The notes under the pieces: model-generated
The model's input: only the letters and a program-made list of their open reading frames with translations
Database searches by the model: none
What the model was told of the DNA's origin: nothing
Shown: piece after piece, positions 1 through 10,244 of the stretch
Layout: the number at the start of each line of letters is the position of its first letter
Position numbering within the stretch: the first letter of the stretch is position 1
Assembly (NCBI GenBank): GCA_963809485.1
Contig: CAWEJX010000008.1
Span: forward strand, 480,001-544,000
Origin: an uncultured Acidobacteriota bacterium
GTDB taxonomy: Bacteria > Acidobacteriota > UBA6911
Reading direction: 5' to 3'
DNA: 64,000 bases
Position numbers and translations under genes: made by a program

Positions 1-1192
1 TTGCATTCTGCTTTTTGAGCGCCAGGGCCATATCCAGGATTTTGCCGGCGATGGCTCGCTTGGACTGATCACTGAGCGTCACTGCTTCACCGGACCGGCT
101 CAAAATGTGGACCGTGGACATATCCGATCCGAAAACACCCGCCGAGACGTCATTGGCCACCAGCAGATCCAGGTTCTTGCGTTCCAGCTTTCTTTTGGCT
201 GAATCAAGCAGGCGCTCGGTTTCCGCGGCAAATCCAATCAGGACCTGATTCTTCTTTTTCATCCCGAGCTGCGCCAGTATGTCCTCAGTCCGGGTAAGAC
301 GAAGCATTAGATCGTCGCCGCTTTTTTTGATCTTCTGCGGGGCAGCTGCTTCAGGACGGTAGTCCGCGACGGCGGCGGCCTTTATAACGATGTCCACCTT
401 GGGGAAGATCCGCATCACCGCATCCTTCATATCCGCCGCAGACCGGACCTGTACCGTGCACGCGCCCGCAGGAGGCGTCAAGGCAGTCGGACCTGAAACC
501 AGGTAAACCTCCGCTCCCCTGTGCAGCGCAGACTCGGCTACCGCATATCCCATCTTTCCCGAGCTGCGGTTCGACAGAAACCTTACCGGATCGATATCCT
601 CAACAGTCGGCCCTGCTGTAACCAGCACCTTCAGGCCTGCAAGGGATTTATCTCCTTCGAGCAGATCGAGAATGCGCCTGACGATCACATCTACGGACGC
701 CAGCTTGCCATCCCCCTCCATTCCGCAGGCCAGAACACCGGGTTCCGGGTCGACAAAGTAATGACCCCTTGCCTTCAGGATTTCGACATTGGCCTGCACC
801 GCCGGGTGATGCCACATCTCAACATTCATGGCCGGAGCGATCAGCACCGGCGACGGAGTGGAAAGGTAAAGCGTGGAGAGGAAATCGTCGGCGACGCCGT
901 GCGCGAATTTGCCGAGTATGTTCGCGGTCGCAGGCACTACCGCCAGCATCTGTATCGATTGGGCTACACTGATATGATGGATGTCGCGGTTTTGTCCCGG
1001 CTGAAACATATCCGTAATGACGTTCTGAGTGGATAGGGACTCGAAGGTCAGAGGCGTGACAAATTCGGCGGCAGACCGCGTCAGCACAACCTGCACCGAT
1101 ACTCCGGCCTTCTGCAGACCCCGCATCACCTCGATAGACTTGTAAGCGGCAATACAACCCGTAACACCCAGCGCGATTTTCACGGCGTTCAT
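1..1192 (-). CDS. coaBC: Bifunctional phosphopantothenoylcysteine decarboxylase/synthetase, 3' end runs off the window
   Basis: Manual translation from ATG at 1192: MNAVKIALGVTGCIAAYKS...; later VLVTAGPTVEDIDPVRFLSNRSSGKMG and GFAAET motifs; classic gmk-rpoZ-coaBC synteny. Confidence 0.95.
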   Translation of the reverse strand, partial: MNAVKIALGVTGCIAAYKSIEVMRGLQKAGVSVQVVLTRSAAEFVTPLTFESLSTQNVITDMFQPGQNRDIHHISVAQSIQMLAVVPATANILGKFAHGVADDFLSTLYLSTPSPVLIAPAMNVEMWHHPAVQANVEILKARGHYFVDPEPGVLACGMEGDGKLASVDVIVRRILDLLEGDKSLAGLKVLVTAGPTVEDIDPVRFLSNRSSGKMGYAVAESALHRGAEVYLVSGPTALTPPAGACTVQVRSAADMKDAVMRIFPKVDIVIKAAAVADYRPEAAAPQKIKKSGDDLMLRLTRTEDILAQLGMKKKNQVLIGFAAETERLLDSAKRKLERKNLDLLVANDVSAGVFGSDMSTVHILSRSGEAVTLSDQSKRAIAGKILDMALALKKQNA

Positions 1193-1193
1193 C

Positions 1194-1397
1194 CTAAGTC
1201 TGGCTCGGCGGCTCGACCGGCGGCGGCATCTCGAAGCTTATCAGGTCAGCCTCCAGTTCCTTCATCGCGATGAACGCCGGCTTCGTGGATTTGGTTTTTA
1301 TTTTGGGCTTCGCGTTGTTCTGCAGCTGCTTCGCCCGCTCTGCCGCGAGAATGATGAAGCGATACTTGGACCCTATTTTTTCAGGGATTTTCTGCAT
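1194..1397 (-). CDS. rpoZ: RNA polymerase omega subunit
   Basis: IGSKYRFIILAAERAKQL...AMKEL motif; between gmk and coaBC; start placed at MQKIPE. Confidence 0.93.
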   Translation of the reverse strand: MQKIPEKIGSKYRFIILAAERAKQLQNNAKPKIKTKSTKPAFIAMKELEADLISFEMPPPVEPPSQT

Positions 1398-2025
1398 CCA
1401 TTCCTCCAAACGTAGCTAATACCGACCCGGCGGACTCCATCCTGGCCGCTGTCCGGCAGCGGGCGCTCAGAATGATGAAACCGAGCTCCTTCACGGAGGC
1501 GCCGAGGTCTTCGTTGATGATCAGATAATCGTAATCCTTATAATGGCTGATTTCCTGGCAGGCCTTTTTAAGTCTCTGCTCGATCACGAAACCGGCGTCG
1601 AGGCTCCTGCGCTGGAGCCTTTCGCGGAGCACCTGAAACGAGGGCGGCATGATGAATATCGCCACTGCGTCCTGGCGCTTCCGGCGGATTATTTGCGCGC
1701 CCTGTACGTCGATATCCAGGAGCACATCGTCGCCTGCCTTCAGGATGTTGTCCACAAAGCTCCGGGATGTCCCGTAATAGTTGTCGTGGACCTCCGCCCA
1801 CTCCAGCAGCTCGTCCCCGCGAATCAGGGACTGGAATTCCTGGCTGCTGATGAAGAAATATTCCACACCGTGACGCTCGTCACCACGCGGCACCCGCGTG
1901 GTATAGGATACGGAAAATTTCAAACGGGGCACCGATTGCAGGACCCCTCCCGCCAAAGCGGACTTCCCGGCGCCGGAGGGCCCGGAAACAATAATCAGGT
2001 TGCCTCTGCCGTTCCTGTTACTCAA
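1381..2025 (-). CDS. gmk: Guanylate kinase
   Basis: IIVSGPSGAGKS P-loop, SYTTR, YYGT, LDIDVQG; probable TTG start overlapping the yicC stop. Confidence 0.95.
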   Translation of the reverse strand: MSNRNGRGNLIIVSGPSGAGKSALAGGVLQSVPRLKFSVSYTTRVPRGDERHGVEYFFISSQEFQSLIRGDELLEWAEVHDNYYGTSRSFVDNILKAGDDVLLDIDVQGAQIIRRKRQDAVAIFIMPPSFQVLRERLQRRSLDAGFVIEQRLKKACQEISHYKDYDYLIINEDLGASVKELGFIILSARCRTAARMESAGSVLATFGGMDAENP

Positions 2026-2896
2026 CGTTCTGAACCTGTTCGCGAAGCTTCTCGATATCCGTCTTGATGGCAAGCGCGTGGCGCGAAATATCCAGGTTGC
2101 CCGATTTTGACAGTATGGTATTGGCCTCGCGCTGCAGCTCCTGCAGGAGGAAATCCAGTTTCTTGCCCGCTTTTTCCTTCGCGTCCACCAACTCTCGATA
2201 CTGCTCAATATGGCTTTCCAGCCGGGCGATTTCTTCCGAGATATCGGATTTGTCCGCGATTAGAGCGGCTTCCTGGGCCAGCCGCTGAGGATCGATGCCG
2301 CCCTGGGGTAAAAGCTGTGAGAGCCTTTCCCGGAGTTTGAGCAGATACTCGCCGGCCAGGTTTACACTCAGCTCGCGAATGTGCCGGGCGCTTTCCTCGA
2401 TGCGTCCGAGGTTGCTCAACATGTCCGCACGCAGAGCGTCCCCTTCCTGCCGCCGCATCTGCAAAACGCCGTCGAGCGCTGTGCGCACGCTCCGGTTCAT
2501 CAGCTCGGACAGGGTGCCCGCAGTCTCAGGCTGAACCACCTCCCGGTTCTGAATGACGCCCGGCAGACTGAGGACCGTCTTCAAATCCGGCGTTTCCTGA
2601 AGGTTGAACTCTTCCTTCAGCTTTGCCGCCGCTTCCAGATAGCCTTTGACAAGGCCGGAATTGACCAGGAACGCCGAGGAGCCGGCGCTTTGAATAGTTG
2701 CGTTGACTTCAACCCGCCCGCGGTCAAGGGCGCTTCGAATCAGCGGCTGGATCTCCGCTTCCAGGAACAGGTATTCCCTGGAAAGACGGACATGGAGATC
2801 CAGAAAACGGTGATTTACAGTCCTGATTTCCACAGATACAGAGGTATCCTCTTTCTGAGCGGCGCCCGTTCCATACCCCGTCATGCTCAGAATCAT
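2018..2896 (-). CDS. yicC: YicC/YloC family endoribonuclease
   Basis: MILSMTGYG N-terminus, GKKLDFLLQELQREANT, C-terminal REQVQNVE; upstream of gmk. Confidence 0.93.
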   Translation of the reverse strand: MILSMTGYGTGAAQKEDTSVSVEIRTVNHRFLDLHVRLSREYLFLEAEIQPLIRSALDRGRVEVNATIQSAGSSAFLVNSGLVKGYLEAAAKLKEEFNLQETPDLKTVLSLPGVIQNREVVQPETAGTLSELMNRSVRTALDGVLQMRRQEGDALRADMLSNLGRIEESARHIRELSVNLAGEYLLKLRERLSQLLPQGGIDPQRLAQEAALIADKSDISEEIARLESHIEQYRELVDAKEKAGKKLDFLLQELQREANTILSKSGNLDISRHALAIKTDIEKLREQVQNVE

Positions 2897-3002
2897 TCCT
2901 CGCTCCGTTGCAATACCTAAAACTTATTATTATATTGTCTTCAGAACGGTTCGTCAAGGCTTAACCTTTGATATTCCATATCTTATGGTCTTGGGGAGGC
3001 TG

Positions 3003-3202
3003 TAAGGATTTAAGGATCAGAGGATCAGAGGATCAGAGGATCAGAGGATCAAAGGGAAAAAACACAACCAAATTGCCGATGGGGGTCTATTTAGGTAATT
3101 GCGTCTCCTGTCTCTACCCTCTAATCCTTTGTTCCTTGAATCCTCTATTCCCTGAACCCCTTTGATCCTTTGATCCTTTGATCCTTGACTCCTTTGATCC
3201 TT
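3003..3202. repeat. Inverted pair of 8-mer tandem arrays: (AGAGGATC)n ... (TCCTTTGA)n
   Basis: Left array 3003-3056, right array about 3117-3202; right unit is the reverse complement of the left unit at 7/8 positions; about 60 nt unique spacer. Confidence 0.9.
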
Positions 3203-3235
3203 CTACCCCCCCAACCTTCATCGCCACATACACTA

Positions 3236-5071
3236 TCACTCCCGATTCCCCTGACCCTCCGTAGAGGACTCCTCAGTTTGAAGTCGGAAAAAGCGGCGGT
3301 AGGGGCCATCGTTCGCCATAAGGCTATCGTGGCTCCCGGACTCCACGATTCTGCCCCGGTCAAGCACGAGGATCAGATCGGCGTTGCGTATGGTGGACAG
3401 GCGATGCGCGATTACGAACGTCGTGCGGTCTCGTATAAGATTGGTCAGAGCCTGCTGAACGAGTTTCTCGGATTCCGAATCCAGCGCCGAAGTCGCTTCG
3501 TCCAAAATCAGGATCGGCGCATTTTTAAGAAGGGCGCGCGCGATCGAGATGCGCTGCCGTTCGCCGCCGGAAAGCCTTTGGCCCCTCTCGCCGATCAAGG
3601 TGTCGTACTTCATTGGAAAGCCATTGATGAAATCATCCGCCAGGGCGGCGCGCGCTGCCGCGAAAATATTCTCCTCCGGCGCGTTCACATCCCCGTAAGC
3701 GATGTTGTTCCGAACCGTATCATTGAACAGAAAGGTCTCCTGCGTCACGATGGCGATCTGTTTCCGCAGAGAACTCTGCGTGTATTCGCGGATATCGGTG
3801 CCGTCGATGCGCACAGTACCGGCGGTAGGGTCATAAAAGCGCGGTAATAACCCGACCAGCGTGGTTTTACCCGATCCGCTGCTGCCCACGATCGCAATCA
3901 CCTGGTTCCGTTTGACCTCGAGATGAATGTCTCTCAGGACTTGAGTGGCGCCATTCTGGTCGACGTAATCGAAGGAAACGTTTTGAAATTGGATCGAGCC
4001 GCGAAATCCGTCCAGAGCCCGGGCATCACCCCGGTCCTGGATTTCCTTGTGCGTATCCAGCAATTCCACTATCCGGGACGCTGAAGCAAGAGCCCGTTGT
4101 ATCTGAACATGTATCCGGCTCAGTTTCCGGATCGGGTCGTACATGCGAAAGAGAGCAAACAGCGATCCCCCGAACATCCCCAGCGTCAGGGTCCCTTCCG
4201 CGATGCGCGTGTGGGCATAATACAAAAGCGGAATGAACGCCACCACGCCCAGCAGTTCCATGACAGGGGAATTGACAAAAAGAATGGCGGCGGCTTTCAT
4301 ATTGCTTCGAAACAGCTTGGCTGCGGTTTTCCGGAATCCGTTTTCCTCGTGCTGTTCCATGCCGAACGCCTTGATGATGCGCATTCCCGTAATCGACTGC
4401 TGGAGCTGGTCGTTCAGATCGGCGGCGTCCTCGCGGCCTTTCCGGCTGACGTGCCGTATGCGTTTGCCCATGCCGAGAGTCAACAGGAGAGCCAATGGCG
4501 CGATGAGCAGGGACAGCAGCGCCAGCTTCCAGTCGATGCAGAAGACCAGGATAATCAGGGAAGCCAGCAGAACGGTCTCCCGGAACAATTCCGCCAGGAT
4601 GGTTGAAACCGCCTCCTGAACCTGCTCGACATCGCCGCTCATCCTGGACATGAGACGGCCGGTCGAGTTCAGGGAGAAAAAACCCATGGATTGGCCCAGG
4701 ACGTGGTGGAAAAGCTCATTCCGCAGATCCATCACGACGCTTTGGCCGACATGGCTCATGGAATAATTGGAGTAATACAGGCATACGCCCTTGAGGAGGG
4801 TCAGAATCAGGAGCGCAAGCGAAAGCTGGGTAATCACGCTGCCGGGCATCAGCGAGAGAATAAGCGAGACATACCTTTCAACGAAACTCAGCCTCTGGCC
4901 GGCCGGGCCGGCTTCAATCGATCCTGTGGCAAGAACCTTATCAAAAAGCGGGATTGACAGGGTTGTAGTAGTGGATTCAAAAATGCCGACAAAAAGAAGG
5001 AGCAGCAGAGAAAGAGCCAGTCCGCCCCGGTGAGGCCGTATGAAAGGAAAGAGTCTTCGAAAATCGGTCAT
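3236..5071 (-). CDS. msbA: MsbA-like ABC exporter (TMD-NBD fusion)
   Basis: Hydrophobic TM region, Walker A GSSGSGKT, signature LSGGERQR, DEATSALD, IAHRLST. Confidence 0.75.
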   Translation of the reverse strand: MTDFRRLFPFIRPHRGGLALSLLLLLFVGIFESTTTTLSIPLFDKVLATGSIEAGPAGQRLSFVERYVSLILSLMPGSVITQLSLALLILTLLKGVCLYYSNYSMSHVGQSVVMDLRNELFHHVLGQSMGFFSLNSTGRLMSRMSGDVEQVQEAVSTILAELFRETVLLASLIILVFCIDWKLALLSLLIAPLALLLTLGMGKRIRHVSRKGREDAADLNDQLQQSITGMRIIKAFGMEQHEENGFRKTAAKLFRSNMKAAAILFVNSPVMELLGVVAFIPLLYYAHTRIAEGTLTLGMFGGSLFALFRMYDPIRKLSRIHVQIQRALASASRIVELLDTHKEIQDRGDARALDGFRGSIQFQNVSFDYVDQNGATQVLRDIHLEVKRNQVIAIVGSSGSGKTTLVGLLPRFYDPTAGTVRIDGTDIREYTQSSLRKQIAIVTQETFLFNDTVRNNIAYGDVNAPEENIFAAARAALADDFINGFPMKYDTLIGERGQRLSGGERQRISIARALLKNAPILILDEATSALDSESEKLVQQALTNLIRDRTTFVIAHRLSTIRNADLILVLDRGRIVESGSHDSLMANDGPYRRFFRLQTEESSTEGQGNRE

Positions 5072-5142
5072 GGAACCGCCAGCTCCGCACCCCGAATTAG
5101 CTTCTACCGCGATCCAGAGACTAGCATGCCCCTAACAAAGCT

Positions 5143-5229
5143 GCCACGAATTTCACGAATTGCTGCTTTGTTTTTCATTCGTGGAATTCGTGGCCTTTGT
5201 TTGATATCGAATTTCGAATCTCGAATCTT
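5143..5229. repeat. GCCACGAATTTCACGAAT...ATTCGTGGAATTCGTGGC hairpin plus (TCGAAT.)x3 7-mer array
   Basis: Read directly; abuts the MITE right end at 5230. Confidence 0.8.
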
Positions 5230-5463
5230 GTCAGGTACCTCCGGCAAAGCCGGAGGCTTGAAAGATTGGAACCGCTCAAAGCGGTTGGAGGAGTTACGCC
5301 GGTCTTGAACGCTGACTTACGCGGGCAAAAGCCGATGCGGCGCTTCCGACCCTCGCCGAACAAATCGGCGTTTGTCAGCGCTTTTATCAGCGTTTCTCAG
5401 CGTTTCAAAATACGGAGCTGTCAAACTCTTTGAGTCTCCCGGCAGAGCCGGGGGTTTACCAAT
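5230..5463 (-). mobile_element. IS200/IS605-type non-autonomous element (MITE/PATE), copy 1
   Basis: Left end ATTGGTAAACCCCCGGCTCTGCCGGGAGACTC hairpin; right end AACCGCTTTGAGCGGTT and GCCTCCGGCTTTGCCGGAGGTACCTGAC hairpins; no ORF; 5 other copies in window. Confidence 0.8.
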
Positions 5464-5467
5464 GCAA

Positions 5468-7516
5468 TTAGCGGTTCCTGCTGGGGCGTGACACTCCGCC
5501 GGGCCTCCCGCCGGCGGCAGGGCCGGAGTTCCCTCCGCTCCTGCCCGCGGAAGGAGCAGGCATCGATCGGGCCCCACTGCTGCGTCCGGCGCCAGAAAAT
5601 GAGCTGGACCGCTGGGGTGCGCTGTATATCGTCATGCGCCGGGACTCAGGCGCTCGCGCGCCCGCACCCGGATTGTTCCAGCCGCCGCCACCGTTTGAAC
5701 GCGGAATGACGGGGTTGTTTTGCGGCCGGACTTCAGCAGGCGCCGCCGGCGCGACCGGAGCGTTGTAGGTTCGCGGCTGCTCCTGCACCGCGCGTTCGGA
5801 GCGCCACGTGTATGATCTCCCCTGAGTGGAGCGATCCGTCGCCTGGGGGCGGGCAACAGGATCGGTGATCGTCCGCGCGCCGGCATCCGGCACCGTTGAA
5901 TAGGACCTCCGGGCGGCAGGCGCAGAGGTTTGAGGCCGCGCGGCCGGCTCGGTCGCAGTCCGCGCTTCCCTGGCTGTTGGGATCGGCCTTGTGGCCGGGC
6001 CTGTATTCCGGATGGTGCGTCCTACGCCCGGGACATCCACCACCTGGATATTGGATTGCGTTCTGCGGCCTTCATCGCCCGCTATCCCTGTATTTATGAC
6101 CTGCCGGGGCGCAGCGCCGTTTGAGCGTATCTGCGGATTGCTTATTGCCGTGAGTCTATTTCGGTCGCCGTTGATGGTTCGGGGCATATTACGGACCACC
6201 GCAGGCAAGGATGCGTTTTCATTCGGCCGGACAGCGGGACGGTCGGGCGCGGCCGGTCTGTAACTGGTTGCCGTGGGCTGAACGGCAGGCCGATCCCCGG
6301 ACCATGAACCCTGTCTCCACGGCTGATCGACATTGGGAAAAGGCGTTCTGCGGTCCCTGTTTTCGAACCTGCCATTCCTGAAGTGCTCGATCCCCGTGGT
6401 GTGGAAGGCTCCGTGAACATTTCTATTGAAAGGATCGCCGGGCCGCCGGGTGTGCAGATTGCCCAATTGACTCAGCTGGTAGCTGTAAATGCCCCTGTTG
6501 TAGCGGTAGTGGTTAATGCCGTAATAATCTCCGGGGCCCAGCGGGCACCAGGAGACCCAGCCTGGGCCGCTGTAAAAACTTACCAGGCCGGGAGACCAGA
6601 AATTAAACGAGAACCCCGGGCCCGGGAGCCAGCACCATCCGTGATGAGAATGGCGATACCACCGGCCGTAATGGTACGGCAACCATCCCCAAGGCTCATA
6701 GGAAATCCATGTCCAGCCCGATAGCGGGCGATAGCACCAGCGTCCGAGAGAATATGGAGACCAGTAGGAATCCACATAATATGGGACCCAGGCGCTGCCA
6801 TAGTAGTCAACGTCCACCCATTGTCCATACCGGTCCAGTTCAGACACTCCCATGTAAAGGCTGTCGGGCAGATATTGCCTGCTCTTATAGGCATTGCGGT
6901 CCACATTGCGCCGGTCCTGCCATTCGTCCCATTCGTCCCGCTTGTTATATTTGGAAAGTAATGCTTCCCTGCCTCTCCCGGGACTGACACGAAGCATCTC
7001 CCCGGAATCGATGGTGCGCGAAAATTCGTTGCTGGCAACCTCAAGTTCGCCTTTTCGGACAATGGCCTCGGTATCCCCGTTTTCCGCGACACTGAAACGA
7101 TATACGCCCTTGCGCCGGGCATTGAAAGCCGCCGCCGGGGTGTTGATCTCGAAATCCAGGCCGCTGGATACATTCAGGGTGGATAAACCGATGAGTATGC
7201 GCAGCTGGATCCGTTTCTCGTCGAGGCTAAGAACTTCTATATCGGTGTTTTCAGCCAGCCGATAAACCGAACCGTCGTCGAGCTCAATTTCGGCTCTTCC
7301 ATCCGGCCCGGTGTATATGCGGTCTCCCGGTTCCAGCGGCAGATTGATGCTTGCCGCCGACCAGTCCGCATCCGAGGCATGCTGAAAACTGACATGCCCG
7401 ACAAGGTAGGATAGGCGTGCAAGACGCACATAATCGTCGTTATCGGATTCTGCCTGAGAAGCAGAAACGGCCAGAAATGAAGTTGTCAGGAATGCTGTTA
7501 CGAGGACATACGACAA
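5468..7516 (-). CDS. Secreted FecR-domain / DUF6600-like protein with long disordered C-terminus
   Basis: Signal peptide, ARLSYLVGHV...GDRIYTGPDGRAEIEL FecR-type region, Trp-rich WxPYxxGRW/EPWGWLPYHYGRW region; true start may be ATG 7529 with a 1-nt indel. Confidence 0.75.
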   Translation of the reverse strand: MSYVLVTAFLTTSFLAVSASQAESDNDDYVRLARLSYLVGHVSFQHASDADWSAASINLPLEPGDRIYTGPDGRAEIELDDGSVYRLAENTDIEVLSLDEKRIQLRILIGLSTLNVSSGLDFEINTPAAAFNARRKGVYRFSVAENGDTEAIVRKGELEVASNEFSRTIDSGEMLRVSPGRGREALLSKYNKRDEWDEWQDRRNVDRNAYKSRQYLPDSLYMGVSELDRYGQWVDVDYYGSAWVPYYVDSYWSPYSLGRWCYRPLSGWTWISYEPWGWLPYHYGRWYRHSHHGWCWLPGPGFSFNFWSPGLVSFYSGPGWVSWCPLGPGDYYGINHYRYNRGIYSYQLSQLGNLHTRRPGDPFNRNVHGAFHTTGIEHFRNGRFENRDRRTPFPNVDQPWRQGSWSGDRPAVQPTATSYRPAAPDRPAVRPNENASLPAVVRNMPRTINGDRNRLTAISNPQIRSNGAAPRQVINTGIAGDEGRRTQSNIQVVDVPGVGRTIRNTGPATRPIPTAREARTATEPAARPQTSAPAARRSYSTVPDAGARTITDPVARPQATDRSTQGRSYTWRSERAVQEQPRTYNAPVAPAAPAEVRPQNNPVIPRSNGGGGWNNPGAGARAPESRRMTIYSAPQRSSSFSGAGRSSGARSMPAPSAGRSGGNSGPAAGGRPGGVSRPSRNR

Positions 7517-7759
7517 TCGGCGGGATCATGGCGGATACCCTCCCGGAGGTCATCCCTCCATCTTTACAACATATCAGATGCATCCCCGCGCGGAAAGTAT
7601 CAATAAAAATGCCTTATTTTGATTTTAATGAGACATTTCCCGCCCTCAAAGGGCGTCGTCTCAAAGTCCAGGAGTGACCCCGATTTTTTCGGCCTGCCCT
7701 GGGTATGCGATTTGGCTAGCCCCTGGAATTAATGCCGCGCGGAATTCGTGGCTCTTCCG

Positions 7760-9556
7760 CTACTCGGAGCTGCTGTTGGGCGCGAGGATCTCCTTGGCAT
7801 AGGAAGCGAGATCCATCTTGACCAGTTTCGCCACGGCATCCGTCAAATACTCGCAAGTCTCCCGGGCGGTGGCGAACGACAGCGTCCGTACCGCTATCTT
7901 GCGGCAGGATGCCACGGAAACCTCCTGCAAAACCCTGCGGATCGTCGGTATGGACAGAGGATTCATGCTGAGCTGCGTGAATCCCATGCCGAGCAGCAGA
8001 ACCGCATAGAACGGATTGGACGATATTTCCCCGCAGATCCTGGCCGGTATCTTCGATTTCCCTGCCACATGGGCTATACGGGAAAGGCAATGCAGCACCG
8101 AAGGATGGAGCGGCTGGTAGAGATACGCGACGTGGGGATTTCCGCGGTCTACGGCCAGCATATATTGGATCAGGTCATTGGTGCCTACGCAAAGGAAGTC
8201 TACCTCCCTGGCCAGCACTTCCAGCGCGAGCACCGCAGCGGGCACCTCGATCATGACCCCGATAGGCACCGGTTTCAGTTCGACTTTAGGCGTTTTAAGG
8301 AGCTTGGACCGGACCTGGCCGATCAGCGCCTTCGCCTGCCGGATCTCCTCCACCGTGGAAACCATCGGCAAGACCATTTCTATATTGCCTTCGCTGCTCG
8401 CTCGGAGGATCGCCTCCAGCTGCGTGCAGAACGCCTCCCTGAGATGCAGGCTCAGGCGTATGCCACGAAGCCCCATGCTCGGATTCACCTGGCTCGCCAG
8501 GTCTTGCGCCTCGAAGATGCTTTCCGATCCGGCGTCCAGGGTTCGAATCGCCACGGGATAGGGACTCATCTCTCTTGCAAGCGTCCGGTAGGCGGAAAGC
8601 TGCTCTTCCATGCCCGGCATTCCGCCGCGATGCCTGAAATACAGGAACTCCGAGCGGAACATCCCAATTCCTTCAGCGCCGCTCTTCTTTGCAGCTCTCA
8701 ATTCGTGCGGCAGTTCCGTATTGGCGCGCAAGGAAACTGCCTTGCCGTCCCGTGTCAGGGTCCCCGGGCCTGCCTGTGCGGGCGCTGCTTCGGCCGCGGC
8801 GCCGAAGGCCTCGATGCGCCGGCGCTGGCTCTGAATGCGTTTCTGTGAAGGATTAACGACCACCTGGCCATCGTCTCCGTTCAGCAAAAGGGTATCTCCG
8901 CTGACGATGGAGGTCAGAAAGTCCTGAATGCCCATTACGGCCGGAAGGCGCAAACCTCTGCTGATGATTGCCGTGTGAGAGTTGCGTCCGCCCGATTCCA
9001 GCACAAGGCCGCGAACCTTCTGCAGGTCCATGGAAGCGAAATTGGACGGATTGAAATCGTGCGATACGATAATCAGGTCCCCGGGCAGGGCCTCCCAACT
9101 GACCGGGCGCCCCCCCGAAAGATTGATCAGGATGCGTTCCACGACATCTTCGATGTCGCTGTGGCGCTCCCGGAAGTATTCGTCTTCCAGCGACTCATAG
9201 GCATGCACCAGACGGTCGGCAGCCTGAGTGACGGCCCACTCGGCGTTGGCGTGGCTGTCGCGGACCGTGGAAAGGATTTCGGCGTTCAGAGACTTGTCCT
9301 CCAGCATCAGGATATGAGCATCCAGAATAATGCTGTGCTCCCGCCCCACCTTCTCTTCCAGGCGGGATTTCAGAGCCGCCAGTTGTTCCTTGGAGGCCTC
9401 GATCGCACGCAGGTACCTGCGCACTTCCTCCTCGACGTCGTCGACGCGGATCCTCAGGATCACACGGTTGTGGCTGTCCAGCTTGAGCGCCTGTCCCAAA
9501 ACAATGCCGCCTGAAACACCGTTACCCTGGAAAACCCTCTCCCGTTTGCGGACCAT
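7760..9556 (-). CDS. ptsI: PTS enzyme I (PEP-protein phosphotransferase)
   Basis: GGRNSHTAII phospho-His motif, GIGMFRSEFLY, NPSMGLRGIR, GTNDLIQY, CGE. Confidence 0.95.
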   Translation of the reverse strand: MVRKRERVFQGNGVSGGIVLGQALKLDSHNRVILRIRVDDVEEEVRRYLRAIEASKEQLAALKSRLEEKVGREHSIILDAHILMLEDKSLNAEILSTVRDSHANAEWAVTQAADRLVHAYESLEDEYFRERHSDIEDVVERILINLSGGRPVSWEALPGDLIIVSHDFNPSNFASMDLQKVRGLVLESGGRNSHTAIISRGLRLPAVMGIQDFLTSIVSGDTLLLNGDDGQVVVNPSQKRIQSQRRRIEAFGAAAEAAPAQAGPGTLTRDGKAVSLRANTELPHELRAAKKSGAEGIGMFRSEFLYFRHRGGMPGMEEQLSAYRTLAREMSPYPVAIRTLDAGSESIFEAQDLASQVNPSMGLRGIRLSLHLREAFCTQLEAILRASSEGNIEMVLPMVSTVEEIRQAKALIGQVRSKLLKTPKVELKPVPIGVMIEVPAAVLALEVLAREVDFLCVGTNDLIQYMLAVDRGNPHVAYLYQPLHPSVLHCLSRIAHVAGKSKIPARICGEISSNPFYAVLLLGMGFTQLSMNPLSIPTIRRVLQEVSVASCRKIAVRTLSFATARETCEYLTDAVAKLVKMDLASYAKEILAPNSSSE

Positions 9557-9831
9557 CAGTTTTCTTCTCCAAATTTCCCTTCGAACAGCTGTTTGATCGC
9601 CTCTCCGGCTTCAGACTCGTCCCGGCCTTCTATGGAAATCACCAGCCGTGTGCCTTTCGAGGCAGCCAGCATGAGAATTCCAAGGATGCTCTTCGAATCG
9701 ATCTGCTGATTCGCGTCTTCGCGCGAGATATGAATCTCGCTGGAAAAACGGGACGCAAGCCGCACCAGTTTGGCCGCGGCGCGTGCATGCAAACCCAGCC
9801 TGTTTGATACTGTAATGGGTTGACGGATCAT
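9556..9831 (-). CDS. ptsH: HPr phosphocarrier protein
   Basis: GLHARAA (His15) and SKSILGIL (Ser46) motifs. Confidence 0.95.
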   Translation of the reverse strand: MIRQPITVSNRLGLHARAAAKLVRLASRFSSEIHISREDANQQIDSKSILGILMLAASKGTRLVISIEGRDESEAGEAIKQLFEGKFGEEN

Positions 9832-10226
9832 GCCGTAAGAAAATCACTGGCCATGGCGATGCTCGAACGCCCCTGGTCGCGCACAATACGGGCCAGTGAA
9901 GCCAAGGTTTCTCCCTCTTTCTGGCTGGCAATCTTGATAATCATAGGCAGGTTAACCCCTGTCACCACGTCCACTTTCCCGGGATCATGAAATGAGAGCG
10001 CGATGTTCGACGGCGTGCCTCCGAACATATCGGTCAATATGAGTACGCCGCTCCCATCCTCGACCTCCAGGATATGCTTCTCTATGTCGTTGTGTGCGTC
10101 ATTCACATCATCATGCCAGCCGATGGAAACGGATTTTATATGGGAAATATCCCCAACAATCATTTCCGCCGCAGCCACCAGTTCCTGGCCAAGGTGTCCG
10201 TGGGTTACCACCAAAGCGCCGATCAT
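9828..10226 (-). CDS. PTS EIIA component, mannose/fructose type
   Basis: VVTHG, LILTDMFGGTPSN, VTGVNLPM motifs. Confidence 0.92.
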   Translation of the reverse strand: MIGALVVTHGHLGQELVAAAEMIVGDISHIKSVSIGWHDDVNDAHNDIEKHILEVEDGSGVLILTDMFGGTPSNIALSFHDPGKVDVVTGVNLPMIIKIASQKEGETLASLARIVRDQGRSSIAMASDFLTA

Positions 10227-10244
10227 AAAGGTAAGTCCGTTTCT

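Noticed and set aside
2018-2035. yicC C-terminus QNVE* as a product of the AACGTT repeat
   Set aside because: QN(I/V)E is the normal conserved YicC terminus and there is no array here
5230-5300. MITE right end as a TnpB omega-RNA guide locus
   Set aside because: No tnpB or iscB in the window and the ends resemble tnpA-only elements; unsupported without genome context
5175-5433. Short ORFs such as MFGEGRR.../...SQRFKIRSCQTL, recurring at 31060, 40597, 43549 and 47546
   Set aside because: They are translations of MITE sequence in varying frames, with no conserved start or RBS
7748-8848. Long antisense ORFs (also 28128-29468, 33771-34946, 57267-58559)
   Set aside because: Shadows of well-supported genes on the opposite strand in GC-rich DNA
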